Virus record (IMG/VR): IMGVR_UViG_3300027828_000003
Source: an uncultured virus (IMG/VR IMGVR_UViG_3300027828_000003)
Lineage: Duplodnaviria; Heunggongvirae; Uroviricota; Caudoviricetes
Strand: one strand, 5' to 3'
Length of the DNA: 64,000 nt
A program made the translations under genes and the position numbers. Positions 29,045 to 39,656 of this stretch are shown here, piece by piece. The number at the start of each line of letters is the position of its first letter. The stretch's first letter is position 1. The notes below the pieces were generated by a model that made no database searches, had not been told where the DNA came from, and worked only from the letters and a program-made list of their open reading frames with translations.

Positions 29045-30067
29045 ATGAGGGACTACGCCAAATTAAAGGTTGGTGTCTGGGGTAGCAGTCAAAAACTGAA
29101 AAGCCTACAAGGCGACAAGCCGAGAATATTCTACTTCTACCTTCACACATGCAGCCACGTTAACTCGATCGGATGCTTCGTGCTTCCGAAAGGGTATGCG
29201 TATACGGACCTAGAGCCTCACGGCTTCGAATTGACTGATATAGATAGGTCTATCCAAGAACTATCGAGAGTTGGATTGATAGGCTGGAACGCCTCGGAAC
29301 AGGTCGTCAGGATCATCAATTTCCTGGTCGAATCCAACATCACGAACGGAAAACATGCCAAGGGTGCTGCGAAGCTGGCTCTAGCACTCCCTGAATGTGA
29401 TCAAAAATGGATGGCGATCAATGAGTTAGCTCAGGACAAGTATTGCCAAGAGCTTGATGAACTGTCGGCTTACCTAACACGTAATCGAAACCGCTACGAT
29501 AGCCCTATCCATACAACCGAGACCGAACCCGAGACCGAGACCGAACCCGAGACCGAGAAAAGTACCCCGCCGCAGAACGGCGGGCCCTCCCCTCGCCCAC
29601 CAGACGATCAGTTGTTCGAAGCGAATGCTCTCGTCACCGACCCGTCATTCGCGAGGCAACAGAACGACGAGGCGATGATCCGGGAATGCGTCGAAGCCTG
29701 GAACGTCATGGCAAGCAAGAACGGCTTGGCCCAGGTCCAACAACTGAACAAAACCCGCAAATCGTCGTTGCGAGTGCGCTTGCGCGAATGCGGCGGGATC
29801 GAAGGCTGGGATTTACTGTTGGAGAAGATCGCCGCTTCCCCCTTCCTGCTCGGCCAGAACAGTCGGAATTGGCGTGCGGATTTCGACTTCGCAGTACGTC
29901 AATCATCGTTCACGAAGATCCTCGAGGGGTCATACGACCCAACCCACACGAATGGCGGCGGCCGATCTTTGGACGATGCTTTCGATCGCATTCGAGACCA
30001 CTCGTCCGACGATGACGATGAACCTGGCCCAACCGGGCCGCAAGACGACGATCCAGAGGCCATCTGA
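29045..30067 (+). CDS. Phage replication initiator protein
   Basis: wHTH-like N-terminus, ETEPETE linker, C-terminal W.ADFDF.....F.KILEG.Y. Confidence 0.75.
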   Translation: MRDYAKLKVGVWGSSQKLKSLQGDKPRIFYFYLHTCSHVNSIGCFVLPKGYAYTDLEPHGFELTDIDRSIQELSRVGLIGWNASEQVVRIINFLVESNITNGKHAKGAAKLALALPECDQKWMAINELAQDKYCQELDELSAYLTRNRNRYDSPIHTTETEPETETEPETEKSTPPQNGGPSPRPPDDQLFEANALVTDPSFARQQNDEAMIRECVEAWNVMASKNGLAQVQQLNKTRKSSLRVRLRECGGIEGWDLLLEKIAASPFLLGQNSRNWRADFDFAVRQSSFTKILEGSYDPTHTNGGGRSLDDAFDRIRDHSSDDDDEPGPTGPQDDDPEAI

Positions 30068-30753
30068 TGAACAACGTTCCCGTAACCTTCAGAAGTGTGA
30101 CCGTCCTGTCACCAAACAAATTTCCGATTTCGGCGGAAAACCAGTCTCGAATCCTCGCAGCTTCCGGCGCCGTGAGCGAATTGACCAAATTGATACCACG
30201 ACACATCTGCGAACAGGTCATCGCTGAACTGGAAGACAGCCTTACGCCGGCCGGAATGAAAACGGCTTCGGCTTGGGCAAAAATGCTCATGGGCGCCTAT
30301 CCGCAAAAGGAACTCCGTGACCCGGAAGTCTTCGCCCTTTCGGTATCATTCGATCTTCAGGAATTTCCCGCGGATGTGATCGAGGCGACGGTTCATCATG
30401 TCAGACGGACGTGCAGATTCACGCCGACTTGCGCTGACGTCTACGACGCCGCAACAAAGCTGTTGAGCGAGCGCACGACGATCCTACGACGCTGTCAGGC
30501 GCATCTGTACGAACACAAGCGCAGACTGGAAGCGAAAACGACCTCACCGCGCCCCAAACAGATGGTAGGCCCAAGACCGGTGGCGCAGATCGAGAAGCAA
30601 GCTGGCGCCAAGGTTAGACACAATTACGAAGATGACGAAACTGTGGCCAGAATGAGAAAGATCCGCGATACCCTGGCCCAACAACAGAATCGAGAAGACA
30701 ACGGTGGCAAAGTCGAAGAAAGCACGGAAGAAAAAGCCGCGGAGCAAGCTTGA
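30067..30753 (+). CDS. Replication-associated hypothetical protein
   Basis: Coupled to initiator; L.EFPADVI......F.PT.A motif. Confidence 0.55.
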   Translation: MNNVPVTFRSVTVLSPNKFPISAENQSRILAASGAVSELTKLIPRHICEQVIAELEDSLTPAGMKTASAWAKMLMGAYPQKELRDPEVFALSVSFDLQEFPADVIEATVHHVRRTCRFTPTCADVYDAATKLLSERTTILRRCQAHLYEHKRRLEAKTTSPRPKQMVGPRPVAQIEKQAGAKVRHNYEDDETVARMRKIRDTLAQQQNREDNGGKVEESTEEKAAEQA

Positions 30754-31555
30754 GACTTTGATCCGGCAAGGTATGGAGGCAAAGGGCTTCCGGTCGATAC
30801 GTCAGCTCGAAATGCACTGCAAATTACCGACGGATTCGGTCCGGGACATGCTCCGCGGTCGAACCATCCGGAACAAGTCCCTAAAGCTCGGCAGGCTCGG
30901 CCGAGTATCGGGCGCCATCGGCATCCCACAAGAGGATTTGGCCATTGCGGCTGGCATAATTGTCGCCGGCAAGAGCAATTTCGACCTTGGGCCCGAACTG
31001 CAGCAGTCAAGAAGGCTTCTCTATGCCCGCGGCGGCGATCCTAGCCTGTGCACGACCCCTCTAGGCCTGTTCAATGCATGGTACCAAGGCGGACACGAAG
31101 GGATCACCTACCAGCAGCACAATGCCGGGTGCGTCTTCGCGTCCCTCTATTTTCGGGTCAAACGCGGCGACGAGATGCAAGCCCGTTCATGCCTGTATCG
31201 TATCCTCTATCCCCAGCTTCTAGGGGAAAACTTGATGGAGACAGAAGAGGAACGGGAAGCACGCGAACGTCGGTACCGGTTCAATTTCCTGCAAGCGCAG
31301 CAGCTCTTCGACGGCGCATGCGCGACACTGGTTTCCGGACAGACAGGAGATGGTGTGTCGAGATACCATATCGTCAAGCAGGCCGCAGTCGACTGCTTCG
31401 TGCCGCCGGGTCTGTTCGTAATCTCTGACGATGGGGATCTCTACTCGGAAACGGTTCTCGACGACGGGGATACGTTCTTGGAACTCTATCTGAAGCAGCT
31501 CAGGGATGGCTTGGACCGGCTGGCGAGCTTCTTCAACATCAACACCAAAGGTTAA
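30704..31555 (+). CDS. Hypothetical protein with N-terminal HTH-like region
   Basis: Last gene of rightward operon. Confidence 0.5.
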   Translation: MAKSKKARKKKPRSKLETLIRQGMEAKGFRSIRQLEMHCKLPTDSVRDMLRGRTIRNKSLKLGRLGRVSGAIGIPQEDLAIAAGIIVAGKSNFDLGPELQQSRRLLYARGGDPSLCTTPLGLFNAWYQGGHEGITYQQHNAGCVFASLYFRVKRGDEMQARSCLYRILYPQLLGENLMETEEEREARERRYRFNFLQAQQLFDGACATLVSGQTGDGVSRYHIVKQAAVDCFVPPGLFVISDDGDLYSETVLDDGDTFLELYLKQLRDGLDRLASFFNINTKG

Positions 31556-33216
31556 CCCCGTTTTGTCAGATAGCGCTCCACGAGCTTCCGCAGGCGATCC
31601 TGGTCACGGTGGATGACTTCCAAACCGCTGCCAGGGTCCACAATCTGCTTCGCCTCGCTCGCTTTGATCCCCAAGACTTCCATCATCGGTGGATCAGATC
31701 CGTCTTCCGACACCAGGAAGAATGCATCGACGTGGTTCTGAACGCCGTCCTCTCGATCGCGGGCCAGCCGGCCGATCCACTGTTTGTGGATTTCAGGCGA
31801 CCAGTCCAGTTCTCCGAAGATCATCGTCTGGCACCGGTACTGAAGTTCGTCCAGCCCGGCGCCGGACCGAAGAGAAGCGAACATCAGGTCCGTTTCTCCG
31901 GACATGAACCGCTTCAACTCCTTCAGCTTTTTCGTGTTCGTCTCCGAGCCGGTGTACATTGCCGGTTCGAAATCCCCAAGCTTTTCGAGCCAGATGTCAT
32001 AGACATCTCGATGCCATCCTATGAGGACGACCGGTACGCCGCTTTCGACGACGATGCGTGTGAATTCGGCGACGCTGGACGCTTTCGACACCCCGGTGAC
32101 GTGACGCATCATCACGTCCAGTTCCCGGGTGGCTTGACCTCTCTCTTCGAATGTTCCGGTCGTAGCCTTGATGGCCAGCTGACGGGCGAGTGCTTCGGCG
32201 TCCTTCACTGCTTTCATGTCATGGGAGACGTGCTCGACGAGCGAGTTGACGGGCGGCAGTTCTCGTCCGACGTCTTTTCTTGTCCGGCGTAGGAAAACGT
32301 GCCGTTCCCGAAGGTAGCTTCCTAGCGCTTCTGGGTCGCGAATCCGCCCCATATACCCACACCACTCCCGGTAAAACTCGTCGTAACTACCGAACACCGA
32401 AGGGTCTATGAAACTGAGAATCTCGAAAATCTCAGATCCATAATTGTAGATCGGCGTTGCTGTCAGGCCGAGCCGATAGCGCGCTGCATCTCTGAGTTTG
32501 ATAGAAGCCCTTCCCTTCTGTGAATCCGTTCCCTTTCTCAAACTCTGGATTTCGTCCCATGCAACCAGACCGACTTTTGTGTCGGCGATCACATCGACCC
32601 AACCGGCAATGTTCGAATATCGGTACAGGTAGACATCGGCTTCTGGCAGGGAAGCGGGCTTGGTCGTCTGTATCTTGTGCGTCCGCAGATCAGTGAACTG
32701 CTGGATCCTGTCTTCCCATTGTTGGTGAACATGACCTTCGACGACAATGTGCGCGGGCAAGGCATCCGGCAGCATCATGCAGCCGATCGTGGATATCGTC
32801 TTCCCAAGCCCGATGTCATCGCCCAACAACAAGGAACCGCGGCGGGCCAGAACTTCCGGGACTTGGCCTTGATAATCACGAAGCCGCTTTCCTTCCTTCA
32901 GCCCGAGAACCGATGGCGGGCGATATTCAGGATGAACAATGCGATCGAGTTCCGCTTGAAATGTCTCGTAGTCCTGTCGACGGTGACGAAGCAACCGCTT
33001 GTCCTCGTCGGTCATCCTCATCGGATAACGTTTCAGGAACCACTCAAGGTCCGCGCAGACTTCCGGTTCGTTTCGGAACATGAAGGGCGCCGTGTCCGTC
33101 TTCCTAATTGAGGCGAATATGTTCTTCAGCTTGATCGCTACGTGAGGGGCGATTTCGTCCATCTCCCACCGTTGTCCGTCTTTCAGGACAAGCGATCCGT
33201 ATGAATGTCTCGCCAT
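31552..33216 (-). CDS. SNF2-family helicase/ATPase
   Basis: LLGDDIGLGKT, WDEIQ, LTATP, RRT, G.GLD.LQ, Q..GRL.R. Confidence 0.9.
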   Translation of the reverse strand: MARHSYGSLVLKDGQRWEMDEIAPHVAIKLKNIFASIRKTDTAPFMFRNEPEVCADLEWFLKRYPMRMTDEDKRLLRHRRQDYETFQAELDRIVHPEYRPPSVLGLKEGKRLRDYQGQVPEVLARRGSLLLGDDIGLGKTISTIGCMMLPDALPAHIVVEGHVHQQWEDRIQQFTDLRTHKIQTTKPASLPEADVYLYRYSNIAGWVDVIADTKVGLVAWDEIQSLRKGTDSQKGRASIKLRDAARYRLGLTATPIYNYGSEIFEILSFIDPSVFGSYDEFYREWCGYMGRIRDPEALGSYLRERHVFLRRTRKDVGRELPPVNSLVEHVSHDMKAVKDAEALARQLAIKATTGTFEERGQATRELDVMMRHVTGVSKASSVAEFTRIVVESGVPVVLIGWHRDVYDIWLEKLGDFEPAMYTGSETNTKKLKELKRFMSGETDLMFASLRSGAGLDELQYRCQTMIFGELDWSPEIHKQWIGRLARDREDGVQNHVDAFFLVSEDGSDPPMMEVLGIKASEAKQIVDPGSGLEVIHRDQDRLRKLVERYLTKRG

Positions 33217-33218
33217 GT

Positions 33219-33608
33219 TCAGATCCACGCCTGCCCGAGCGACAAAACACACGCCGGCTTACCGTCGATTTCTGACGGTAGCGTCATCGCTATGTTCGTG
33301 ACGAGAATGATTGACTCTAGATCGCCGAACTGGGCGTAACGCTTGAGTTGCCGGTAGATACTCTTCTTGACCTGACCCCGGATTTTACACTCCACGCCTA
33401 TCCGTCCGTCGACAAAGAAGTCGATTATATCCGACCTGGAGAACCGATATTCTCGCTCGAAGGCGACTTGATGCTTCATCAGGACGGCCTCGATGTCTTT
33501 CTGCAGAACGGATTCAGATTGAGTGCGAAACCGGTATTGCGACAGAACGGACAGCAGCGTCCGAACCTGAACATCGACTGCCTGCCGATCCATCAACACT
33601 TCCCGCAT
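33219..33608 (-). CDS. PD-(D/E)XK-like small nuclease
   Basis: E..LQ, RE.....IIDF....IGVECK, QL.RY. Confidence 0.6.
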   Translation of the reverse strand: MREVLMDRQAVDVQVRTLLSVLSQYRFRTQSESVLQKDIEAVLMKHQVAFEREYRFSRSDIIDFFVDGRIGVECKIRGQVKKSIYRQLKRYAQFGDLESIILVTNIAMTLPSEIDGKPACVLSLGQAWI

Positions 33609-33862
33609 TTCGCCACCGACAGCCCATCGATCATTGCCTCTTCGACGCTGCTCAGCGACCAAAGACTGAGTTGGCCTGGCAGAGCGGGAGGTTTCGGATT
33701 GTGCTCGCAAAGGACGACCGGCGCCGCATCGTCGTTTCCAGACACCTTTACGACCTCCATCATCTGACCGAACCAGAAAAATGTCTGACCGACGACAAGG
33801 CGCTCGCGCTTCACGATCGCGGTCGGTGCTAGGTGATGGGCCTGAAAGGGAATAATGGACAT
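33593..33862 (-). CDS. Hypothetical protein
   Basis: Coupled ORF downstream of operator at 33918. Confidence 0.45.
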   Translation of the reverse strand: MSIIPFQAHHLAPTAIVKRERLVVGQTFFWFGQMMEVVKVSGNDDAAPVVLCEHNPKPPALPGQLSLWSLSSVEEAMIDGLSVAKCGKC

Positions 33863-33951
33863 CGGTCGAGGCTCTTCGGTCGGATGAAGAACCTAGCACC
33901 GCACGTCATACAAAACAATGAGTAAAACTCATTATTCGTCGTTGACTAAAT

Positions 33952-34401
33952 TCAGGACAGTTTACTGGCTGCCAAATCCAAATTGGTTTTCTGCACCCTA
34001 TCGCGCATGGTCACGCCGTCGAACATCCAAAGGATCACAAGCGCGACCATGAACAACGGCCAAGCAATTCCGGACATCCCCAACCCAAACAACAAGATGT
34101 ACAGGAGCCCTGTTTTCGGAGACCGGAGGTAAAATCGGTGCGCGCCGACTGGGAACAATACGAGCCAAAGAATATAGGCCGTCCCAACCGCCCTTTGCGG
34201 GATACGTATGTCCGCGGTTGCCATGGTTTCACCTTCATTTTTGATTCCATCAGGCATGACAAATTGCACAAACTTCCTGCCACCGTAAAGCATCGGTCCA
34301 GCAAAATAGTCCACCAGTAGACCTATAAATAGTCCTATAGCCACCCAAATCAGCGTTTCATCGTTGCCTGTGCCAAACATCGATTTCACCCTATTTGTCA
34401 C
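33952..34401 (-). CDS. TM2/NINE domain membrane protein (start uncertain)
   Basis: AYILWL....GAHRFYL....G.LY. Confidence 0.75.
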   Translation of the reverse strand: MTNRVKSMFGTGNDETLIWVAIGLFIGLLVDYFAGPMLYGGRKFVQFVMPDGIKNEGETMATADIRIPQRAVGTAYILWLVLFPVGAHRFYLRSPKTGLLYILLFGLGMSGIAWPLFMVALVILWMFDGVTMRDRVQKTNLDLAASKLS

Positions 34402-34696
34402 GCGCGAAAGACCGGTCTCGAATGTCTTTGAGAAAGGCTTGCCCAGCGGGCGTAACCCGGAACACGACTGGACCTGTCCTGCGATCTCCCTCGACTACCG
34501 CATGCAGTCCTTCCCGCTCCCGGTCGTTCATGTTCCGCCATTTTGCGATTAGGATGTTAGGTGTGAACAAGATGCCAACAGGTGCATTCGCTGAGGTTTG
34601 ACCAACGGAGAATCGATGCATCTTCAGCCAATTACAGCAAGCATTCCACGCCTCGAAAGTGCCGCGCTCATTAAAGCATTGGTCTTCTATTCTCAT
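34391..34696 (-). CDS. Hypothetical protein
   Basis: Coupled ORF, GGAGG RBS. Confidence 0.55.
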   Translation of the reverse strand: MRIEDQCFNERGTFEAWNACCNWLKMHRFSVGQTSANAPVGILFTPNILIAKWRNMNDREREGLHAVVEGDRRTGPVVFRVTPAGQAFLKDIRDRSFARDK

Positions 34697-34895
34697 GCGG
34701 TATGCCCTCCGATCTTCGTCACTTCATGGACAACCAAGAGACAGCGGCGCTTTCGGTCCTCGTCCAGACGATCCCAAAACTCCATCGATCCACCTTTCTG
34801 CGCGGCATATTCTCGCCCCCAGATAATCATGGCGACACGCGCTGCCGGCGTCGGATTCAGATTTCTCTTTTGATCTTGCATTGGGACTCCGAAGC

Positions 34896-35630
34896 TCAAA
34901 TTGCCAATTGATATTGTGCCGTTCCCACACGGCGGGCGCCGGCTAGAACGACCGACTGACGTACCTTCGCCTTCCAGTGCATACGGCCTCTGGTTTTCGG
35001 GTGGTCTTCGATCCTCTGGTATATCTGTTGCAAACTGGCTTTTCCGCCCAAATCCTTAAATATCTCCCGGACAAGCTCGATCCATGTCTGTTCGGTGTAA
35101 CGCTCAATCTCTTTTGCGAAGACGAACAGGGCTGCATGAGGTGCGATCGGAATGAAGCGACCGTCCAGTTCACATTGATGAAGGCATTCGGCGTTGTCGG
35201 CACCATAGGCCACCAGGACGGACGGGGCGCCTGCATTACGCCGAGACCGTTTTCCGTCCGGCCGGTGGAAGTTCAAGCGGCCGCGCAGAAACAAGGCGGC
35301 ATCCGCTCTGCTCCAAATGTAGTCCTGGAAGAAACTTGTTTCGGTGCGCGCGAAGATCAAAGCTACACCGTTGTGCCTAGACAACTTCTCCATCCAGCGA
35401 CCGATCACGTTTCTGGAATACGGCGGATTTAGCCAAATCCGTTGATTAGTCCAGTCGGCAACCAGGCCGTCATCCGGCAGCGTGATATGTGCCTTTGCGG
35501 TCGGCCACAAATGGAAATCGGGCGCGGCGGCCGGATCAAGGTCAAACTCTCCGAGCGCGTCCAAGATGTACCGCGGCGTGAGCCAAATATCCGTCTCACC
35601 GAATGTTTTTTCATGCGATCCCATCCCCAC
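34896..35630 (-). CDS. Phage DNA N6-adenine methyltransferase
   Basis: W.TP, FDLDPAA, DGL..DW, WLNPPY, ARTET, GRL.F. Confidence 0.85.
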   Translation of the reverse strand: MGMGSHEKTFGETDIWLTPRYILDALGEFDLDPAAAPDFHLWPTAKAHITLPDDGLVADWTNQRIWLNPPYSRNVIGRWMEKLSRHNGVALIFARTETSFFQDYIWSRADAALFLRGRLNFHRPDGKRSRRNAGAPSVLVAYGADNAECLHQCELDGRFIPIAPHAALFVFAKEIERYTEQTWIELVREIFKDLGGKASLQQIYQRIEDHPKTRGRMHWKAKVRQSVVLAGARRVGTAQYQLAI

Positions 35631-36287
35631 GGCTTGTTCCTATCCGCACCTGTTCAACGCTTCGGTCGCGTTTTTCGCTATCCATATGTGAAGCCCAAGC
35701 ATCTTTCTGCCTACCCAAGCGAACGGATAAGCCAACACAAAGGCGGTAGACCAAACGATCAACTTGAATGTATTCATGAAATGTTCCTACATCATCCGTA
35801 CCAAACAAAGAACATTGTCACGCCGACCCCAAAAGGGATTCCTGCCGCAAGCCCGGCCAGGAAGAAGTCCAGGCGATCCGCTGGCGGTATATCGGGCGGG
35901 TCGATGTCGAAATACTCGTAGTGGCGACGCATCTTTCAGCCCTCCTTCATCTAAAGACATTCACGAAGGAGCGAACCGGCCCTTGCACCGCGCTGCGTGC
36001 ACGTCCCGGGTGTTCGCCTTTCGGAGGACCATCGTTTTTCATGCCCGGTCGCTCCTTCGTGAATGTCCGTCAATCGACTATCCTTCATTTCCAGTATTGG
36101 CGTAGATCGGCGTTGACGATGACCTGCGTGTCCAAACAGGCAAAGCGCCAGCGACCCCACTTCCACGATCCAGGCCCGCCGACATCAGCAGGGACCGCCT
36201 GCCGCACCATCAGGACCGGGATAAACCCGAAGATTTCGCGAACTTCGATCTGTTGGCTATCGTGCCTAACCATAGCGATCCCCCATC

Positions 36288-36527
36288 CTATTTGATTGCG
36301 TCGTAGGGCAGGCGCGCGACGGGGAAGTCCGCCACAAAGGCGTTCCAGGCCCGGCACAGGTTTCCGAACGCTTCCGTTGACCGCAGGTCCAGGCACGGGC
36401 CTAGCGCCGGTTCGTTTCGAAACCGCTGGATGGCGTAAGCCAGTTCCAGGGCGTGTTCCTCTGTCGTCATGCCGGAAGGTTCCCGGCTGTCTGCCGTGGC
36501 AAGGAAGTCTCTTAGCCATTCATCCAT
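36288..36527 (-). CDS. Hypothetical protein
   Basis: ORF in leftward operon. Confidence 0.4.
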   Translation of the reverse strand: MDEWLRDFLATADSREPSGMTTEEHALELAYAIQRFRNEPALGPCLDLRSTEAFGNLCRAWNAFVADFPVARLPYDAIK

Positions 36528-36540
36528 CGCTCAGCCATCC

Positions 36541-37053
36541 CTAATTTACATACGGCTGCGGAACGATACCGCGCCTCTGATAGAGCGGGTGCGCAGGCTG
36601 ACCAGAAGCCGTCACAGCAAGACAAAGCGGGTCCGCACCCATCTTGCGAAGCCCTTCCGCGACTTCTGTGCCACGCCCCAAATAGGCCCCGTGGTTGCCC
36701 CATGCGCAGACCAATTTCCCGCCGCGCTCTCTACTGTCCTGGGCGGCTAGAATGATGTAGGAATTGTTGAACGGTCCAACCGGGTCTTTGGCCATCTTGA
36801 TGGCCGCTGGGTTGACCGAACGGATAGCAAAGAGATTGACGACTACGATCCCGCCGCAGCCCCATTCACGGGCGAAACCCATACACCGCCGGATAGTGGC
36901 GTCGTCTTCGCGTTCGTCTGCCGTTGAAGGGTTGAGCATCACGAACACGGCGGCAGGATCGGAACTCCACATCCGACGCAGCCGATAACGGTATTTCCGG
37001 CAATCGGACAAGACCGCATCGGCTTCCATGAGTAAGTCGTCCATCCGGGTCAA
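36541..37053 (-). CDS. DUF1643 family protein
   Basis: YRY.L.R.W, MLNPSTAD...DD.TIRRC, NLFA, CAWG, HPLY. Confidence 0.85.
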   Translation of the reverse strand: MTRMDDLLMEADAVLSDCRKYRYRLRRMWSSDPAAVFVMLNPSTADEREDDATIRRCMGFAREWGCGGIVVVNLFAIRSVNPAAIKMAKDPVGPFNNSYIILAAQDSRERGGKLVCAWGNHGAYLGRGTEVAEGLRKMGADPLCLAVTASGQPAHPLYQRRGIVPQPYVN

Positions 37054-37544
37054 CCCTCCCTATCGGTTGCCCGAAATAGTCTTGCCGCACTTTGGACATT
37101 TCGTTGACCAGATCGGAATTTTCTTCCGGCAGTGCGGGCACTTTTCTTTCGGTTCTTTGCTCATCGCGATCACCTCTCCCAATTCAGATGATTTGTTGAA
37201 GCCGGTACACCCAGCCGTCCATCCTGATGAACGTGTAGATGCCGGCAAGGAACATCGTTTCCATCGTAATCTTGATTTCATGCTCAAGTTCGGTGATCTG
37301 CTCCGGCCCTAGAACGTGGTCGATGGTGTCGCGCTCATGCCGTGCGGTAACTCTAATCAGTGCCATCGGTCAGCCCTCCTAGAATGGGAGTTCGATTTCG
37401 TCGTGCGGGTCGATGCCGCGCCATTGTAGGCGATGTCCGACCGCTTCGAACCACGTCCCGACTTTCCATTGCGCCCAGCGCCAGCACGAAACCGGCGCGT
37501 CGCAGTAAGGGTGATCTATCCAGAACGTCATTGGATGCTCCCAA

Positions 37545-37874
37545 TCAGGTGCCGACTTTTTCATCGGTGCCGTCCCAAACAAATTCGCCATCGGCACCAA
37601 CCGGGAAGTGCGCGCCGCAGCCGACGCAGAATGTCCCGGAATAGAAGTGCGGATCGCGGGCGTAGGTTTCCGCCAGGGCTTGCCCCATCTTCGTGACAGT
37701 GCCGCATTTCTCATGCACGTAGGACCGCCGGACGGGTCGCACGAAACCCTTGGCGCGTTCCTCTGCCGAAAGGACGATGTAGCCTTTCTGCATCCCTGTC
37801 TTGGGGTCGATTTCGCGGTGATCCGGTGTTACCGGCGTGCCGTCCGTCATAGTCACTTTCGGTTCTTCGCTCAT
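37545..37874 (-). CDS. Conserved hypothetical phage protein (Cys/His-rich)
   Basis: RAKGFVRPVR..Y.H..CG, AETYARDP.FY..TFC..C. Confidence 0.65.
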   Translation of the reverse strand: MSEEPKVTMTDGTPVTPDHREIDPKTGMQKGYIVLSAEERAKGFVRPVRRSYVHEKCGTVTKMGQALAETYARDPHFYSGTFCVGCGAHFPVGADGEFVWDGTDEKVGT

Positions 37875-38083
37875 TGCTTCCTCTGTGCTTTGAAGTGGAA
37901 AACGCCGTCTGTGACGCTGAACGCCAGCGTATAGCCGCCAGTCGCGTCAACGTCGGCAACGGGAAGGTCCAGGGTGCCGCCGTTCTTCACGACCATTGCG
38001 ATAAGCAACTGGTCTTTGAAGTCGTCCAGCAACGCCGCGTGTTCGGGTCCGATAGACCGCGCCAAGTCAATTCCCTTACCCAT
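37871..38083 (-). CDS. Hypothetical protein
   Basis: AGGAGAGG RBS, ATGA coupling. Confidence 0.55.
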   Translation of the reverse strand: MGKGIDLARSIGPEHAALLDDFKDQLLIAMVVKNGGTLDLPVADVDATGGYTLAFSVTDGVFHFKAQRKQ

Positions 38084-38099
38084 GTCTTTGTCCTCTCCT

Positions 38100-38738
38100 T
38101 CACTTGGCTAGGGCGGCGGCGACCAGATCTAAGCGGTATTCTTCCGCCGCCTGGATCGCCTGCTCATGTGTGGCGGTGTGTTCACCGACGAACCGCGCAA
38201 CCTCCTGCTCGCCTTGCGGCTTGGTTAGGTCGCGAACCACATTTCTGGTTTCACGTCCCGCCCCATACGTGAACGTCTGGACTTGGCTTCGATGGTATTC
38301 AGTCGCGGCCAATGCGGCCATCAAATCGGCCCCTCGCAACTGCGTACCGTTATGGGATGGGTCGGAATCACCCTCCAGGGGACGGGGCGGGACCGGTTCT
38401 GGCATAGCGGTTTTGGCAGTGTCGTTGAGGGTCTCCGGTGCGTAGAAAGACCGCAGAACTAGTTCTTCTTCGAGCGCATTCAGTGGCTCAAAATCCCGTG
38501 CGTCTGACACGTCCGACGTTTTGACAGTCTCAGGTGTGTCAATTCCCTGGCCGCCATCGGCGGTGTTCTGCGGATCGGGTGCGGTTTCAGGGTGTCGTGA
38601 GCATTCCACGGTTTGGGGCAAGCCGCAGAAATTATTGCCGCCGTTCGATCCGCAGTTCAGATTGACGCAATTGATAATTCCGTCTTCCTTGCGCATGTCC
38701 GGTTCGTCGCATATGGGGCAGTTGACCCAATCACGCAT
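38100..38738 (-). CDS. Hypothetical protein with N-terminal Zn-finger
   Basis: CPIC..C....C; starts after junction repeat. Confidence 0.5.
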   Translation of the reverse strand: MRDWVNCPICDEPDMRKEDGIINCVNLNCGSNGGNNFCGLPQTVECSRHPETAPDPQNTADGGQGIDTPETVKTSDVSDARDFEPLNALEEELVLRSFYAPETLNDTAKTAMPEPVPPRPLEGDSDPSHNGTQLRGADLMAALAATEYHRSQVQTFTYGAGRETRNVVRDLTKPQGEQEVARFVGEHTATHEQAIQAAEEYRLDLVAAALAK

Positions 38739-39027
38739 TGTTCTGTTCCTCTCGCTGGACGGATCGGGTGGCTCTGACCCGCGCATCAACGACTTCAATC
38801 ATCGCCCGCCCTACGGAATTCAGCGCGAACGAGTAGAATGTATGGTCAACGCCCTGCCCGGTGTCGGCGTAGCTACCGAGGCCCAACCGCCGCAGCACGT
38901 CCGTCGATGCGTCCATGCCAACTAGACCGGTCGCGGCCATCTGCATGACCGCCTTTTGCGGGGCAGATAATTGGTCGTAAGATGCCACCAAAAACGCCTG
39001 CAATTCGTCTTCGTTGATTTCAGTCAT
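38731..39027 (-). CDS. Hypothetical protein
   Basis: Coupled ORF ending SVQREEQNNA. Confidence 0.5.
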   Translation of the reverse strand: MTEINEDELQAFLVASYDQLSAPQKAVMQMAATGLVGMDASTDVLRRLGLGSYADTGQGVDHTFYSFALNSVGRAMIEVVDARVRATRSVQREEQNNA

Positions 39028-39373
39028 TTTTGCTCACATCCTGATAGGGGGACCGGGCCTGCATCTTGGCGATGAAGGCTTTCTGTTTCCCGTCAACGGT
39101 TTCCAGAAGGTCCAGGGGCGACATGCCCAGCGCGTCGGCGAGCATGATGTTGTAGGCGAACACGTCCGCGCACTCTTTGCGCAGGTCGGTCAGGTGCGCG
39201 TCACCGTCGCGCCACCGCTTCTTGATGAAGTTCGCGACCTCGCCCGCTTCGCCGGCCAGACCCAGCCCGAAAAAGCGGATATCTTCTTCGGTCGATCCGG
39301 TCGCGGAATACTGGGCATGGTTCCGCTGGGCCTGTGCCCAAACGTCCAAGAATTTTTCGCCTAACTCACCCAT
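39020..39373 (-). CDS. MazG-like nucleotide pyrophosphohydrolase
   Basis: LGLAGEAGEVAN..KK, ECADV. Confidence 0.85.
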   Translation of the reverse strand: MGELGEKFLDVWAQAQRNHAQYSATGSTEEDIRFFGLGLAGEAGEVANFIKKRWRDGDAHLTDLRKECADVFAYNIMLADALGMSPLDLLETVDGKQKAFIAKMQARSPYQDVSKND

Positions 39374-39656
39374 CGGGGTTTTCTCCTGTGTGTCGATCAA
39401 GGGACCGGTCCCGCAGCCGTTTCGCGGCCTTCCTGGCGCGTTTCGACGCGGCGCGGTAATACCGCGTTATGTCTTCCGTGGATGGCTCGCGCGGCCTTGC
39501 CTGCGGCGGCGCGCGGCGCTTCCGGGGACGGTCGTCGATCAGGTCAAAGTCATCGTCCGCGTCGATCCGTATGACGTTCGGCACGCTTCTTTCGTCCGCC
39601 CAAGCCATTGCGGCCATCGCCAGCGCCATTGGCCCAACCATCGCGGACCTGCGTCG

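Noticed and set aside
29518..29557. GAGACCGAACCC-type short repeats as replication iterons
   Set aside because: They are explained by the ETEPETE linker. An origin inside the initiator gene is plausible, but I cannot support it from sequence alone.
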